From: Verrucomicrobiales bacterium
GTDB taxonomy: Bacteria > Verrucomicrobiota > Verrucomicrobiia > Limisphaerales > UBA1100
DNA length: 58,693 nucleotides
NCBI GenBank assembly: GCA_038139415.1
Contig: JAYOSV010000001.1
Location: 35,743-94,435, forward strand
Direction: 5' to 3'
In this document: one piece after another, positions 30,798 to 41,495 of the stretch
Position numbering within the stretch: position 1 is the first letter of the stretch
How the letters are laid out: every line of letters begins with the position of its first letter
The notes under the pieces: model-generated
The model's input: only the letters and a program-made list of their open reading frames with translations
Told to the model about the DNA's origin: nothing
Databases searched by the model: none
Translations under genes and position numbers: made by a program

Positions 30798-32245
30798 TGG
30801 CGACGGAACCGACATCGAAGCCTCTCAAGCCGCCGGCTCTGCCGGATGCCTGCAATGTGATTGATTGCTCCACCGGCCGGCAGCAGTTCTGGCGGTTTGC
30901 CAAAGGCAAGCGCCGCATGAAGCTGGTGGATGTGCGTGACACGTTGATGGATCAACCCGTGCCGACCAAGCATCTTGACCGGGACACCAGCCAAATGTGG
31001 CGGCCGCATTGTCAGAACGACGCTTGGTTACCGGCCGAACAGGTCTTCTTCCGCGTGCTGCAGTTGCCCTTGTGCAACGAGGTTGAGCTGCCGGGCATGG
31101 TGGAGCTGCAGCTCGATAAAATTTCCCCTCTACCGCTGCCGCAGGCGGTGTGGACCTTTGAGCGCGTGCCGGTGCATCGACCGGATCAGGAGCAGCAAAC
31201 GGTGGTGGTGATGGTCGCCGAACGTTCCGTGGTTGAGCGGTATGCTGGTGAGCTCGAACAGGTGGGATACCGACCGGACCGTCTAGAGCCGGCCGTGCTG
31301 CATCAGGTGATGGCCACGCCGCAGGGCGGTGAGTTGCCAGATGGTGCTTGGATTTATCCGCGCTTCGCGGATCCGCAAGTGCATTGCACGGTGGCGTGGT
31401 GGGATGAAGGAGTGCTGCAAAACATCACTCAGCTGAGCCTGTCATCGCGCGAGCATTTGAACGAACTGACCAGTAATCTCACCGCCACCACTTGGGCAGG
31501 CGAACTGGAAGGCTGGCTGACGGGCGAAACCGATTGGCATTTGGTGGCTTCCAATGAGGATGCGGAGGAATGGATTAGTGTGTTGAATGACTGGGCAGGC
31601 AAAGGAGTGCAGGTGGAGGAGCCGCCGGATCCCAATGCGCTGGCGGCCGCGGCTGCGGCCCTGGCCGAGCGTCCGATCGCCCAGGGTAACCTACTGCCAA
31701 TCGATCGCCAAGCGCGGTATCACCGGGATGATGTCGATCGGGTGTGGGGCAATGTGTTGATCTGGACCGGCATGCTCTACGTTGTGTTTCTCTCCGTTTA
31801 TTTCGTGATGAAAACACGCGTGGCTGACGAAGAGCAGGCGGCATTTGCGGAGAATCAAAAGGCGATCAAGCTCAAGAAAGAATTAAAGGAACTGGGCGTT
31901 CAACGACGGTTATTGGAGGAGCAGCGCGAACTGCGCTGGACCGCGCTGAATGTGTTCAAGGCAGTGGCCGAATATATTCCCGGAGAGGTTACATTGGATT
32001 CACTCGTCTTCTCGGAGAGTCGTAACAATCAAGGGAACAACATCACGCTGCGGGGTCGTGTGTCCCAGGAAGACAGCCAGAAACTGCAGGATTACTCCGA
32101 GGCGTTGGCGAAGGTGGCTGTGGATGAGCAGGGCGCCCAGCCCCTTTTCTCGCAGGTACAGCCACCCAATATGGAAGCCCGCGCCGGCGGTTATTTGGAT
32201 TGGTATATCATTTGCCTGTTACGTAGGGAGGAGGTCGGGAAATGA
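30797..32245 (+). CDS. GspL/PilM-like cytoplasmic domain fused to TM and PilN-like periplasmic domain
   Basis: VFFRVLQLP...MVELQLDKISPLP, NLLP, single TM, coiled coil and ferredoxin-like C-terminus; position after gspE. Confidence 0.65.
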
Positions 32246-32814
32246 TAGAGACACTGAATCGAATTGGAATTCGCCCGCAGGAACGCCGCTCGGTGATCTT
32301 GTTGCTGCTGGCCTTCCTTATCGTTGGTAATATTGCTTGGCTGATGATGGGGCCAAAATTGCTGCAGTTGCAAACTTCGCGCGACCAGTACCGCGAGGAA
32401 AATAAAGCGGCAGCGAATTTGGTCGAGTTGAGGGGCGCACTGAAGATGGAGGTGGAAACACTCTCGGCTGAATCCGGAATGGTGAGTGACGGGAGACAGG
32501 CTCAGAAATTGATGGAGGATATCGAAAGCAAAGCGCGTCGCAGTGGCCTGAACTTCACTCGAAGCCGGGGTAGTCAGGGTACTTCCCGAGGCAATCAGGA
32601 TTTTGAAGAAACCAAACGAACCGTCTCCTTCCAATCCAGCCTGGTGGATCTCGTCGAATTTTTGAACAACGTGTCTGAAGGCCAAAACATGATTCGCGTC
32701 AGCGCCATGACGGTGCAACCCACGGTCGACCGGCAACAGGTTAAGGTCGATCTCACTTTTGTAGCGAGCTATCCGAAGCCCGCCGCCGATAAATCAAAGA
32801 AAGGAAAGAAATGA
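32242..32814 (+). CDS. GspM/PilO-like inner-membrane platform protein
   Basis: N-terminal ERR plus TM, coiled coil, LVEFL..V...IRVSAMTV ferredoxin-like tail; operon context. Confidence 0.65.
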   Translation: MIETLNRIGIRPQERRSVILLLLAFLIVGNIAWLMMGPKLLQLQTSRDQYREENKAAANLVELRGALKMEVETLSAESGMVSDGRQAQKLMEDIESKARRSGLNFTRSRGSQGTSRGNQDFEETKRTVSFQSSLVDLVEFLNNVSEGQNMIRVSAMTVQPTVDRQQVKVDLTFVASYPKPAADKSKKGKK

Positions 32815-34760
32815 TGAAAAAGATTGCTGCTCTAATGGTGCTCACGGGGAGTGCGATGCTGGCTCAAGATCCGCCGGCACCGCTGGTGCCACCGGTAGAT
32901 CCAGTAGATCCGCCGGCACCGGCGCCCATCGTGATTCAAGCTGGTCACACCATGCAGGGGATTCCTCTGCCCACGTTGCTGGAGGAATACGGTGCGCTGG
33001 TGGGAAAGACTCTGATCCCCGCGCAAAACCTCCCTTCGGTGACCTTCGAATTCAAGACGAACAACGATCTCACCTTCGAAGAAGCTAAGGCCTTTTATGA
33101 AACCCTCCTGATGCAGCGCCAAATTGCCGTGGTGCCGCAGGGCGAAAAATTTATACAGGTGATTCCCGCCGCCGAAATCGCCAAGACGCCGCCTCAATAT
33201 TATCCCGTGCTCACCCTAGCAGCCTTGCCGGATAGCGAATTGCCAGTCATGGGGCCGTTTCCCTTGAAACACATTCCCACCGCCGCCGCAATGGATCTGC
33301 TGGCCACCTTGGCCAAGACGCCCAACGCCGTGACCACAGTGGAAGGCTCCAACGTGTTGATCCTGCGCGACTCGGCAAACAATGTGAAACGGATGCTTAC
33401 TGTGTTGACTGAGTTAGACGTGGAAGCGGGAATTAAAGAGGAATATGAACTCATTAAAATTCGCTATGCTCTTTCGGCAGATATTGCGGCGGTTTTGAGT
33501 ACTCTAACCAACACCCCGATTAGCGGCACAGCTGGGTCTGCCGGTAGTCGCATTAATACCACCGGCGCCAATCGCACAACGACAGGTGCGACCTCTCGAA
33601 CGGGTACAACTACAACCGGAAATGCTGGTTCCTCTCGTGGGCAACTGGCTCAGCGTTTATCTCAGATTCAAGGTGGAGCCGGTGTGACCGGCACGGGGCT
33701 TCCAATTTTGGGGGATACCAAGGCGGTGGCTTATGAACGCGGCAACGAGGTGCTGCTCATCGGCACACGCCGACATCTCGATAAAGCCAAGGAGCTGATC
33801 GATAAGCTGGACACTATTCAGCCGCAAGTATTGATTGAGGCTATCATCATTGATGTCGCTTTGGGTGATGACAAAACGTTTGGGGTGTCGTTACGCGAAA
33901 ACCGGACGGCAGCCAATGCCCGGGAGGGCGGATTACGTGGAGCATTGGCTTCGGCTCTCGGTCCAGCCGCATTTACAGATACCTCCATCTCCGGTGCCAC
34001 ATCCGGGTTTAATTACTGGGGGTTCCTAGGGTCCAATTGGGAGGTTGCCGTGAATGCAATAGAAAACGATTCCCGGGTGACTATGCATTCGCGGCCGCGC
34101 ATCCAAACCTCGCATGCAGAACTGGCGGAACTCTTTATTGGAGATACACGGCCGGTTGTTACCGGTACCATTACAGACATTAGTGGCGGTACCAGTTCTC
34201 AATACCAGATGCAGAAATTTGGCATCACTTTGGAAGTGCGGCCGTTCATTAACGAAGAAGGTCTCGTGGTAATGGATTTGGTTCAGCAGATCCAAGATAT
34301 CGTTGGCTCACAAACCATCAATGGCAATAGTGTTCCCATCACCACCGATCGGTCGGCTAACGCCAAGGTGGCCGTGCGCGATGGGGAGATGATCGTGCTG
34401 GGAGGGTTTATCAAAACGAAGACCACTACCTACGAGGATGGCGTTCCCGTACTGCGCGATGTGCCGTTGCTTGGGAAACTCTTTGAGAGCACGCGTGATG
34501 TGGATGAGCGTAATGAATTGATTGTGCTCATGCGGCCCACGGTTTTGAAGACGCCTGAAGCCGCCGCCGTGAAGGCCATGTCCGAGCAATCCAACCTGCC
34601 GGGCATTGATCTGGCCAAGGATGAAGAGGAGCGGCTTACTGAAAAATACCGCGATTTGGTGGAGGAACTCCGCCGCAAAAGAGGCACTCCGACAACTCCA
34701 GAGAATCCGGATTTGCCTTTACTGCCGAAAGACGGCCCTCTGGTGCCACAGTTGCCCTGA
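32811..34760 (+). CDS. gspD: GspD-like secretin
   Basis: N domains, QVLIEAIIIDV, GITLEVRPFIN, VRDGEMIVLGG, GVPVLRDVPLLGKLF, ELIVLMRPTV. Confidence 0.9.
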   Translation: MMKKIAALMVLTGSAMLAQDPPAPLVPPVDPVDPPAPAPIVIQAGHTMQGIPLPTLLEEYGALVGKTLIPAQNLPSVTFEFKTNNDLTFEEAKAFYETLLMQRQIAVVPQGEKFIQVIPAAEIAKTPPQYYPVLTLAALPDSELPVMGPFPLKHIPTAAAMDLLATLAKTPNAVTTVEGSNVLILRDSANNVKRMLTVLTELDVEAGIKEEYELIKIRYALSADIAAVLSTLTNTPISGTAGSAGSRINTTGANRTTTGATSRTGTTTTGNAGSSRGQLAQRLSQIQGGAGVTGTGLPILGDTKAVAYERGNEVLLIGTRRHLDKAKELIDKLDTIQPQVLIEAIIIDVALGDDKTFGVSLRENRTAANAREGGLRGALASALGPAAFTDTSISGATSGFNYWGFLGSNWEVAVNAIENDSRVTMHSRPRIQTSHAELAELFIGDTRPVVTGTITDISGGTSSQYQMQKFGITLEVRPFINEEGLVVMDLVQQIQDIVGSQTINGNSVPITTDRSANAKVAVRDGEMIVLGGFIKTKTTTYEDGVPVLRDVPLLGKLFESTRDVDERNELIVLMRPTVLKTPEAAAVKAMSEQSNLPGIDLAKDEEERLTEKYRDLVEELRRKRGTPTTPENPDLPLLPKDGPLVPQLP

Positions 34761-35486
34761 TCACCGTCGGCCATCGTACCACCAGCTGCAGGCCTTGGGA
34801 TCGCTCAAGGCCCGGCCACCGGTGAAAGCCGTGGCGATCAAAAGGCGTACCAACTCCCACGGTGAATAAAGCGAGAGTTTGCGGGCTGATGTGATCAGTG
34901 GCTGGCCGGTGATGATGTGCAATCGTTGCTGTCGTCCTCTGCCATGGCGCTTGAGGCGTTCGGCAAACTCCAACTCTTCAGAAGCGTAGAGGGTTTTAGA
35001 AAAACCCTCCAGTTCAAGGAAGGCTTGGGTACGGCAGAAAAAATAGGAACCGGCCGGCCAACGCATCAGCCGGCTGATGCCGTTCCAAAGATGAATCCAA
35101 AACGCCGCCCACCAAGGAACGCGCCCCATGGTGAGTGTGGAGCCGCCGCCAAGGATATCCGTTTGTTGCATTGCCCTGCCGGTGGCCGCGAATAATTCCG
35201 GGCTTGGCATGGAGTCTGCATCCACAAAGAGGATCCAGTCTCCCCGAGCCGTCTGTCCGGCAGCATTGCGGGCGCGGGCGATTTGGTTTTCGGGTTCAAA
35301 CACCACTCGCGCCCCAGCGGCCCGGGCCAATTCACCAGTGCGGTCGGTGGAATTATTGTCACACACCACCAATTCCCAGTCCCAGTTCATCGTCTCAAAG
35401 ACTTTGGCCGATTCCTTAATCGCTGCTAGTGTATCGGGCAGGAGCTTTTCCTCGTTAAAGGCAGGGATGGCAATGGTTAAATGCAC
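34761..35486 (-). CDS. glycosyltransferase family 2
   Basis: IAIPAFNEE, VCDNNSTD, ARARNAAG, FVDAD, ITSARK. Confidence 0.92.
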   Translation of the reverse strand: MHLTIAIPAFNEEKLLPDTLAAIKESAKVFETMNWDWELVVCDNNSTDRTGELARAAGARVVFEPENQIARARNAAGQTARGDWILFVDADSMPSPELFAATGRAMQQTDILGGGSTLTMGRVPWWAAFWIHLWNGISRLMRWPAGSYFFCRTQAFLELEGFSKTLYASEELEFAERLKRHGRGRQQRLHIITGQPLITSARKLSLYSPWELVRLLIATAFTGGRALSDPKACSWWYDGRR

Positions 35487-35491
35487 GGGTG

Positions 35492-35539
35492 ATTGTCACC
35501 CGATTCGCGGTGACAGGCAAGCGGGCAACATGGTAGCCT
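35492..35539. promoter_or_regulatory. overlapping divergent promoters with TGTCACC-N8-GGTGACA palindrome
   Basis: minus: TTGCCT-N17-GACAAT-N5-GTG; plus: GTGACA-N18-TAGCCT; inverted repeat at 35494-35515. Confidence 0.5.
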
Positions 35540-35554
35540 TCCGCCAGTTGAGGA

Positions 35555-38500
35555 ATGGTGCAACCTTACTCCATCGAACCTCTTATGGAGGACGAGACAG
35601 GCCCCAAACGCCGGTGGAAACGTTGGTTGATTAGGGGCGCGGCGGCGTTGGTGATTCTGCCGCTGCTTGCTTGGCAGGTGGTGGAGAGCGAATGGTTCTT
35701 GCGCCGAGTGATCCTCCCGAAGGTCAACGAGTCGGTTCACGGCGTCATCCACTTTAAATCCGCCGATTGGTCACTGGGCAGTTCGCTGGAATTGCAGGGA
35801 GTGACCCTGCACGCCGAAGGTCAGGCGACGTGTCTGGAGGTGGAGCACGTGCTGGTGCGCTATGACCTGGGTGAACTGCTTGATGGCCGCCTGCACTTTC
35901 ACGAGATTCTCCTGAGCGAGCCGTCATTTACCGTGACGCAGGATTTGGGGGGGCGGACCAATCTAGATCCGTTTTTCCAACAAACTTCTGATCCCAGCGT
36001 GGCGCGTTCTGTGGAGCTGGATTGGGTTAAATTTGATGGTGGTAGCATTCATTTTTCCAAGGAACTTCCCGAAGGCGGGAAGCAGGTTGTTCGGGTAAAC
36101 GAATTGAAAGTGAATCTTGAACAAATTGGGAACGGTCGTGATCAGGGCAGTGTTCATATGGGATTCGGGTGGGCTACTGAATGGAGGAACGGCAGCACCC
36201 TAGTTGATTATTTAAAGGGCACACTCAATCTCGGTGCCAAGTTGAATTTGGACGAACATTGGCATCTCAGTCGGCTGGATCCGAAAGGGAAGTTTCTGGT
36301 TCAGGAGGCCAGTGAAAGATTTGGGGAATCAAAAGGGTTGGAGGCCGATTTTGACGCTGCTTTTGCTGGGAATCAATTGGAGCGATTAGGTCTGACCTTC
36401 AGTCGGCAGCCAGATGAAGTTACCGGATCAGTAGGCTTGGGGGAGATGGAGGTTTCCGGACCACTGAACCTTGCGGAAGGCACGGCGGAGCTGGCTGTGG
36501 CGATTCAGGATGTGGACCAAAGCGTGATAAACCTGCTCGGACAATCTCAAGAGTTGACCTTCCATCAAACGCGATTGAGCACGACCAATCAATTGGCCGT
36601 GGCGGATTTCGGCCGCACACTGCGGCTGCAGGGCAAAGTGAGTTCATCGCCCCTCCAGGTAACTCATCGGTTGGTGAAGCTTCCGGCAATGGATTCGCTG
36701 GAAGCATACTATGATGTGACCTATCAACCCGAAGCCCGGACTGTGCAAGTTCATGCCTTCGGACTGGAATCCAATCACCAGAAAAAACCTTTTTTGAAAG
36801 GCACCCTGAAACAGCCACTGGTCGTCAGTTGGCAGCAAGGCAGTGAATTGAATGCTCCGGACTCGGCGTTCGACTTGGATATCCACCCAACCCAACTTGC
36901 CGATTGGCAGCCGTGGTTGGGACGTTATGTGCGCGAAGGCGAATTGAGCGGGGCCCTCACTGTGGCCGTGCAACAGGCCGGTCGGCACATTGAGTTTAGC
37001 GGCTCCACTAAGGTGGAAGGCATGACCGTGCCGCACGCGGAAGCCACGCGGCCATTGGGTAATGGCCAATTCGATTGGGCTGGCACCGTGAGGGGCTTGA
37101 AGGCTCTGGAGTTTACCCAATGTAAACTGGAAATCGGGACACCACTGCAATCTTACTTTACCTTTGATGGTAAGCCGCGGCTGGATCTGCACACGCAGCA
37201 GTTCAGTGAATCCAGCGGGAAAATCACGGCGCACCTTCCTACATTGCTAAAGTGGTTTCCCCAAGCCGGCGTGCGCAGCGATGCTGGTGAGCTGACTTAT
37301 AACGGAACCTTTTCCGGAGGCTTGACCCAAAGCGCGCCCTTCGCTTGGGTCGGGACGCTGGATTGGTCTAATATTGACGGGCAATTGCAGGAGCAGCCGG
37401 TGAAAAGCCTGAACGGTTCAGTTCAAATGGATTGCATATTAGATGAGGCGCAACGGCTCAAGATACAACGCCTCGAGGGGGATGCGCAGCTTGCGGGGAA
37501 ACCCTTGATGGCCAAGCTGGATTTGAGGGGGAATTGGAACCTACGCACCGGTCAATTTGACTTTGAAAAAGCTGAGCTGATCCAAACGGACTTGGCGTTG
37601 GCACGGACGCTTTATCCATTTCCCGGAGTCATGTCCGGAGTGCTAAATGCCAACCTGGCCGTGAACCATAAACCCGGCGATCGTACGGTGTTGCGGGGCG
37701 GTGTGGCGGTTGCCAAGGGGCATATTACCCAATGGCCCCAATGGGTTTACGGTCGACTCAGTGAACTGGATGCCACCTTGCATTGGACGGAGGCTGGGCG
37801 CTTTCACGGGGATGTGCGCCAAGTGAAATTGCAGGCCTTTGATCCGGATCGTCCGGAGCAAGGTATCGGTCAAGTGAGCGGCACTGGAAAATTTGATTCG
37901 TTCAAGAGGGAATGTACATGGGTCCTGCAGCCTTCTAAACTGGAGCACGCGCTTTTGGCCCCCTTGGTGAATCGCACCAATTGGCTGGGAGCCGCGACCC
38001 TGCAGTCGGGCACATTGTCCAACCCTAAGCCACTGCAACTGCAGTGGAACGACAACGGCGATGTTGCCGTGAGTGGCCCAGTGCAAATCGCGAATATCCG
38101 CTTTAAAGATCCGCAAGGTCAGTTGCCTAAGGAAATGCTGGGCGCACAATTGGAATTGGATATCGCCACCACTAAACAACCCGCCGGTCGTTCGTGGAAG
38201 GTTCGGCCGAAAGTCAACAAGGCCTCCTTTACACTGGTTGATCAACCGGCCGGCACGGTGGTATGGAGTGGAGAATATACGGCCACCAATGGGGTTGGCC
38301 AATTGGCGTTTGATGTGACTGGGGTGGATCATCGTGTGTTCCAACTGGTACCCGAGCCTTGGCGCGGCGGAGTGGAACTCAAGAGCGGTCAGGTCAACAA
38401 ACTGAACGGCCAATGCCGGGTCAGCGATGGGGTAGTGCAGTTTGAAACTAGCGTGGACCTGAAACGAGTGTGGCTGACGGAATCTTCCGGGCTTTGGCCC

Positions 38501-40060
38501 GCAGGACCGTTGGATTTGGAGCAGTCCTTCAAGGGTAGCTGGAAGCCCGGCCCTCAGCTCCACCTGACGATCGAACGTCACCAAGGCACGGTGAAGCAGG
38601 AAGATACCATTTTGGGTGAGTACGATTTGACCGGCCGGATGATGGATGCCGGTTTAGTGTTGGACGTGAAATCACTGAACTTGGGGCCGGCATTCACGCG
38701 GCGCGCCTTGGATCAATGGCTCCCGGATCGGCCGGTTGCTGCCGGACGTCTGCTCATGAAGGAGCTGAAGGTGAACCTGCCTCAACAGGGAGTCGGAGCG
38801 GTGAATGGGCAGTTATCCATCAAGGGATTCACGTTGCCTGCGCGTATGCAGGGAGATCCCGCGCAGTCCTTGGATACGAAACTGAAAATCCAAGCTGCCG
38901 GCACCAATCGTGTGCTGCAGCTCAAACAATGTGTTGTAGATTTGCCGCCCACGAAGAAGGCCGCGAATCAGTTGAACTTAGCCGGCTCATTGGATTTGCG
39001 GCGCTGGAATGCGCCGGGTTCACAGTTACGGGTTACCAGTGATGCGGCGGATATCACGCCGTTGATGGCGTTTCTAGAAAACCCCAACCCCGCCGCCAAG
39101 CCCAACGAGAAAGCCGGTGCTGCGCCGAACGGGGTGGGCTTTGGATTCCGAAATTTTAACCTAAACCTAAACCTTAAGCGTTTGGTGTGGCGTGATTTAT
39201 GGGCAACCAATCTTACTGGCAATGTGCGGATTGATGGGGAAAAGTTCACCTTCGATCCAATTCAAATGCATCTGCTAGGGGCACCGGGAAAGGTCGGAGG
39301 CCAGGTGCAAACCGTGGAAGGGCAAACCCAAATGGCGCTGAATATCGATGTGCAAGACTTGCCCTTGGATCCAGTGATTCGGCACTTTGCTCCCGAACAT
39401 AAAATCCAATGGGGTAAGTTGACGGCCAATGGTTTTTTGAAAGCGCTCGGATGGTCTGGAGAATCATTTCGCAACAGCTTTACAGTGCGCGGGAGAGATC
39501 CCAAGTCGGCGGCAAAACTCGTCATTGAGGAATCTCATTGGGGATTTAAGCAGGATGATTGGCTGATTGGAATCATTGCCGGTAGTTTGAACTTACCGCA
39601 ACTGTTGGATTCCCACTTTAATTCAGCTGAACTGACATTATTAGCGCAAGACGGAAAAGCGGACTTTAATATGGCTGTGGGTGGGCCGCTTTTGCGGGCG
39701 GGAACAAAGGGGCAGGGCCGATTAGGGGGGCGTTTTTTGGACACGACAATCAAGCAGGATGTCTCCATTGAGCTGCCTCCCAAGTTGGCCGAAGAATTCC
39801 GGCCATTGGGAATTATATTTTCAAAATCCGACTTTATGAAAATGCCAACCTTTCTGTCCATGGAAGGGGCCATTCGAAAACCGAAGATCAAGGTCGATGA
39901 ATTTGCGTTGGGGCAAATTCTGGTGTTGGGTATTACTGGCCGACCCGGGAGCTTGTTGCGACGGCTAAATCCCATCAAGGACAAGCCCGATGGAGAAGGG
40001 AAGGAGCTAGATTTGAATCCGTTGGATATATTGCGTCTGATCGTGCCCGGTGGCGATTAA
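35555..40060 (+). CDS. giant AsmA-like protein (1501 aa)
   Basis: N-terminal TM anchor, HFHEILLSEPSFTVTQDLGGRTNLD AsmA-type segment, long beta-rich repeats, C-terminal LSMEGAIRKPKI motif. Confidence 0.75.
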   Translation: MVQPYSIEPLMEDETGPKRRWKRWLIRGAAALVILPLLAWQVVESEWFLRRVILPKVNESVHGVIHFKSADWSLGSSLELQGVTLHAEGQATCLEVEHVLVRYDLGELLDGRLHFHEILLSEPSFTVTQDLGGRTNLDPFFQQTSDPSVARSVELDWVKFDGGSIHFSKELPEGGKQVVRVNELKVNLEQIGNGRDQGSVHMGFGWATEWRNGSTLVDYLKGTLNLGAKLNLDEHWHLSRLDPKGKFLVQEASERFGESKGLEADFDAAFAGNQLERLGLTFSRQPDEVTGSVGLGEMEVSGPLNLAEGTAELAVAIQDVDQSVINLLGQSQELTFHQTRLSTTNQLAVADFGRTLRLQGKVSSSPLQVTHRLVKLPAMDSLEAYYDVTYQPEARTVQVHAFGLESNHQKKPFLKGTLKQPLVVSWQQGSELNAPDSAFDLDIHPTQLADWQPWLGRYVREGELSGALTVAVQQAGRHIEFSGSTKVEGMTVPHAEATRPLGNGQFDWAGTVRGLKALEFTQCKLEIGTPLQSYFTFDGKPRLDLHTQQFSESSGKITAHLPTLLKWFPQAGVRSDAGELTYNGTFSGGLTQSAPFAWVGTLDWSNIDGQLQEQPVKSLNGSVQMDCILDEAQRLKIQRLEGDAQLAGKPLMAKLDLRGNWNLRTGQFDFEKAELIQTDLALARTLYPFPGVMSGVLNANLAVNHKPGDRTVLRGGVAVAKGHITQWPQWVYGRLSELDATLHWTEAGRFHGDVRQVKLQAFDPDRPEQGIGQVSGTGKFDSFKRECTWVLQPSKLEHALLAPLVNRTNWLGAATLQSGTLSNPKPLQLQWNDNGDVAVSGPVQIANIRFKDPQGQLPKEMLGAQLELDIATTKQPAGRSWKVRPKVNKASFTLVDQPAGTVVWSGEYTATNGVGQLAFDVTGVDHRVFQLVPEPWRGGVELKSGQVNKLNGQCRVSDGVVQFETSVDLKRVWLTESSGLWPAGPLDLEQSFKGSWKPGPQLHLTIERHQGTVKQEDTILGEYDLTGRMMDAGLVLDVKSLNLGPAFTRRALDQWLPDRPVAAGRLLMKELKVNLPQQGVGAVNGQLSIKGFTLPARMQGDPAQSLDTKLKIQAAGTNRVLQLKQCVVDLPPTKKAANQLNLAGSLDLRRWNAPGSQLRVTSDAADITPLMAFLENPNPAAKPNEKAGAAPNGVGFGFRNFNLNLNLKRLVWRDLWATNLTGNVRIDGEKFTFDPIQMHLLGAPGKVGGQVQTVEGQTQMALNIDVQDLPLDPVIRHFAPEHKIQWGKLTANGFLKALGWSGESFRNSFTVRGRDPKSAAKLVIEESHWGFKQDDWLIGIIAGSLNLPQLLDSHFNSAELTLLAQDGKADFNMAVGGPLLRAGTKGQGRLGGRFLDTTIKQDVSIELPPKLAEEFRPLGIIFSKSDFMKMPTFLSMEGAIRKPKIKVDEFALGQILVLGITGRPGSLLRRLNPIKDKPDGEGKELDLNPLDILRLIVPGGD

Positions 40061-40088
40061 CGGAGTCGGTCATTCAGTGCATTCGCCG

Positions 40089-40117
40089 TTGGCATTCGCG
40101 CTCCACTCTCGTACACT
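40089..40117 (+). promoter_or_regulatory. sigma70-like promoter (leaderless-type)
   Basis: TTGGCA-N17-TACACT, 8 nt before ATG 40126, no SD. Confidence 0.65.
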
Positions 40118-40125
40118 AGGCACGC

Positions 40126-41493
40126 ATGCAAGTCGTGCTGGATTATTTGAACGCCCATCGGGCGCGTTTTGAAGAGGAGCTTTGCGAATATCTGCGGCTG
40201 CCCAGTGTGTCAGCCCAGAGCTATCATGATCGCGATACCCGTGCGGCAGCCGATTGGCTGGTGAAACATTGCCGTTCCATCGGACTCAAGGCTCGCAAAC
40301 ACGCCACTGATTTTCATCCCATCGTTACGGCCAGCACCCCCAAGCGCCGTGGCCGGCGTCCGCATTATTTGGTATATGGCCATTACGATGTGCAGCCGCC
40401 GGAGCCGTTGGAGCAATGGGATACGCCGCCGTTTGAGCCCACTATCCGCAACGGGGCGGTGTATGCGCGAGGGGCTACGGATAATAAGGGGCAACACTTT
40501 GCGCACCTCAAGGCGGTGGAGGCATTTCTGCAAACCGGCACGGAATTACCCTGTGATCTGACGTTTGTGATTGAGGGCGAGGAGGAGGTTGGCAGCGAAA
40601 GTCTAGTCCAGTTCCTGCGCCAAAAGAAAACGGAATTGAAATGCGATGCGGTGGTGGTCTCGGACACCGGCATGCCTTCCAAGAAGCATCCCGCGCTCAC
40701 CTATTCCTTGCGTGGCGTGACGGCCATGGAGGTGACGGTGCGAGGCCCGAAGGCCGATTTGCATTCCGGAATTTATGGCGGCTCGGTGGATAACCCGGCG
40801 CTGGTGCTGTGCCAAATGTTGGCGGCATTACGGGACAAGCGCGGGCGCATCGCCGTGCCCGGTTTTTATGATCGGGTAGAAAAGTTGACGCGTTATGAGC
40901 GCGAACAAATGAAGCGGTTGCCCATTTCCGCCGCGCAATATCGCAAGCTGCTTGGCGTGCCAGCGCTGTTTGGCGAGACGGGTTACTCGCACCACGAATT
41001 GCGCAGTGCCCGGCCCACGCTGGAGATCAATGGCCTGACCAGTGGTTATCAGGGCGAAGGCAGTAAGACGATTGTGCCCGCTTGGGCCAGTGCCAAGCTG
41101 ACTTGCCGGTTAGTGCCGGATCAGGATCCGGCCGAGATCAATCGATTGCTCAAGCGCCAACTCAAGAAGTTGTGTCCGCCTTCGGTGAAAATGGAGGTTG
41201 AGGATGGGCACGGGGCGGAGGCGTATCACGTGCCGCCCACTGGGCCGGAGGTGCAGGCGGCATTGGAGGCCTTGCGCGAGGCGTTTGGCCATGAACCGGT
41301 GATTCTTCGGGAAGGCGGCTCGATTCCCATCATCAATGAATTCAAGAAATTGCTCGGAGCGGACTCACTGCTCTTGGGCTTGGCGTTGCCTGATGACAAT
41401 TTGCATTCACCGAATGAGAAATTCGATCTCGATTGTTTGCACAATGGCGCTGCCATGAGCGCGCGCTTATGGCCTAAACTGGCGACTCTTTAG
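40126..41493 (+). CDS. M20 family dipeptidase / metallopeptidase
   Basis: YGHYDVQP, ARGATDNKGQ, IEGEEEVGS, DLHSG, GGSIP, HSPNE. Confidence 0.93.
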   Translation: MQVVLDYLNAHRARFEEELCEYLRLPSVSAQSYHDRDTRAAADWLVKHCRSIGLKARKHATDFHPIVTASTPKRRGRRPHYLVYGHYDVQPPEPLEQWDTPPFEPTIRNGAVYARGATDNKGQHFAHLKAVEAFLQTGTELPCDLTFVIEGEEEVGSESLVQFLRQKKTELKCDAVVVSDTGMPSKKHPALTYSLRGVTAMEVTVRGPKADLHSGIYGGSVDNPALVLCQMLAALRDKRGRIAVPGFYDRVEKLTRYEREQMKRLPISAAQYRKLLGVPALFGETGYSHHELRSARPTLEINGLTSGYQGEGSKTIVPAWASAKLTCRLVPDQDPAEINRLLKRQLKKLCPPSVKMEVEDGHGAEAYHVPPTGPEVQAALEALREAFGHEPVILREGGSIPIINEFKKLLGADSLLLGLALPDDNLHSPNEKFDLDCLHNGAAMSARLWPKLATL

Positions 41494-41495
41494 CA

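Noticed and set aside
33500..33710. Thr/Gly/Ser-rich stretch in the secretin
   Set aside because: Disordered N3-domain insertions are usual in GspD-type secretins
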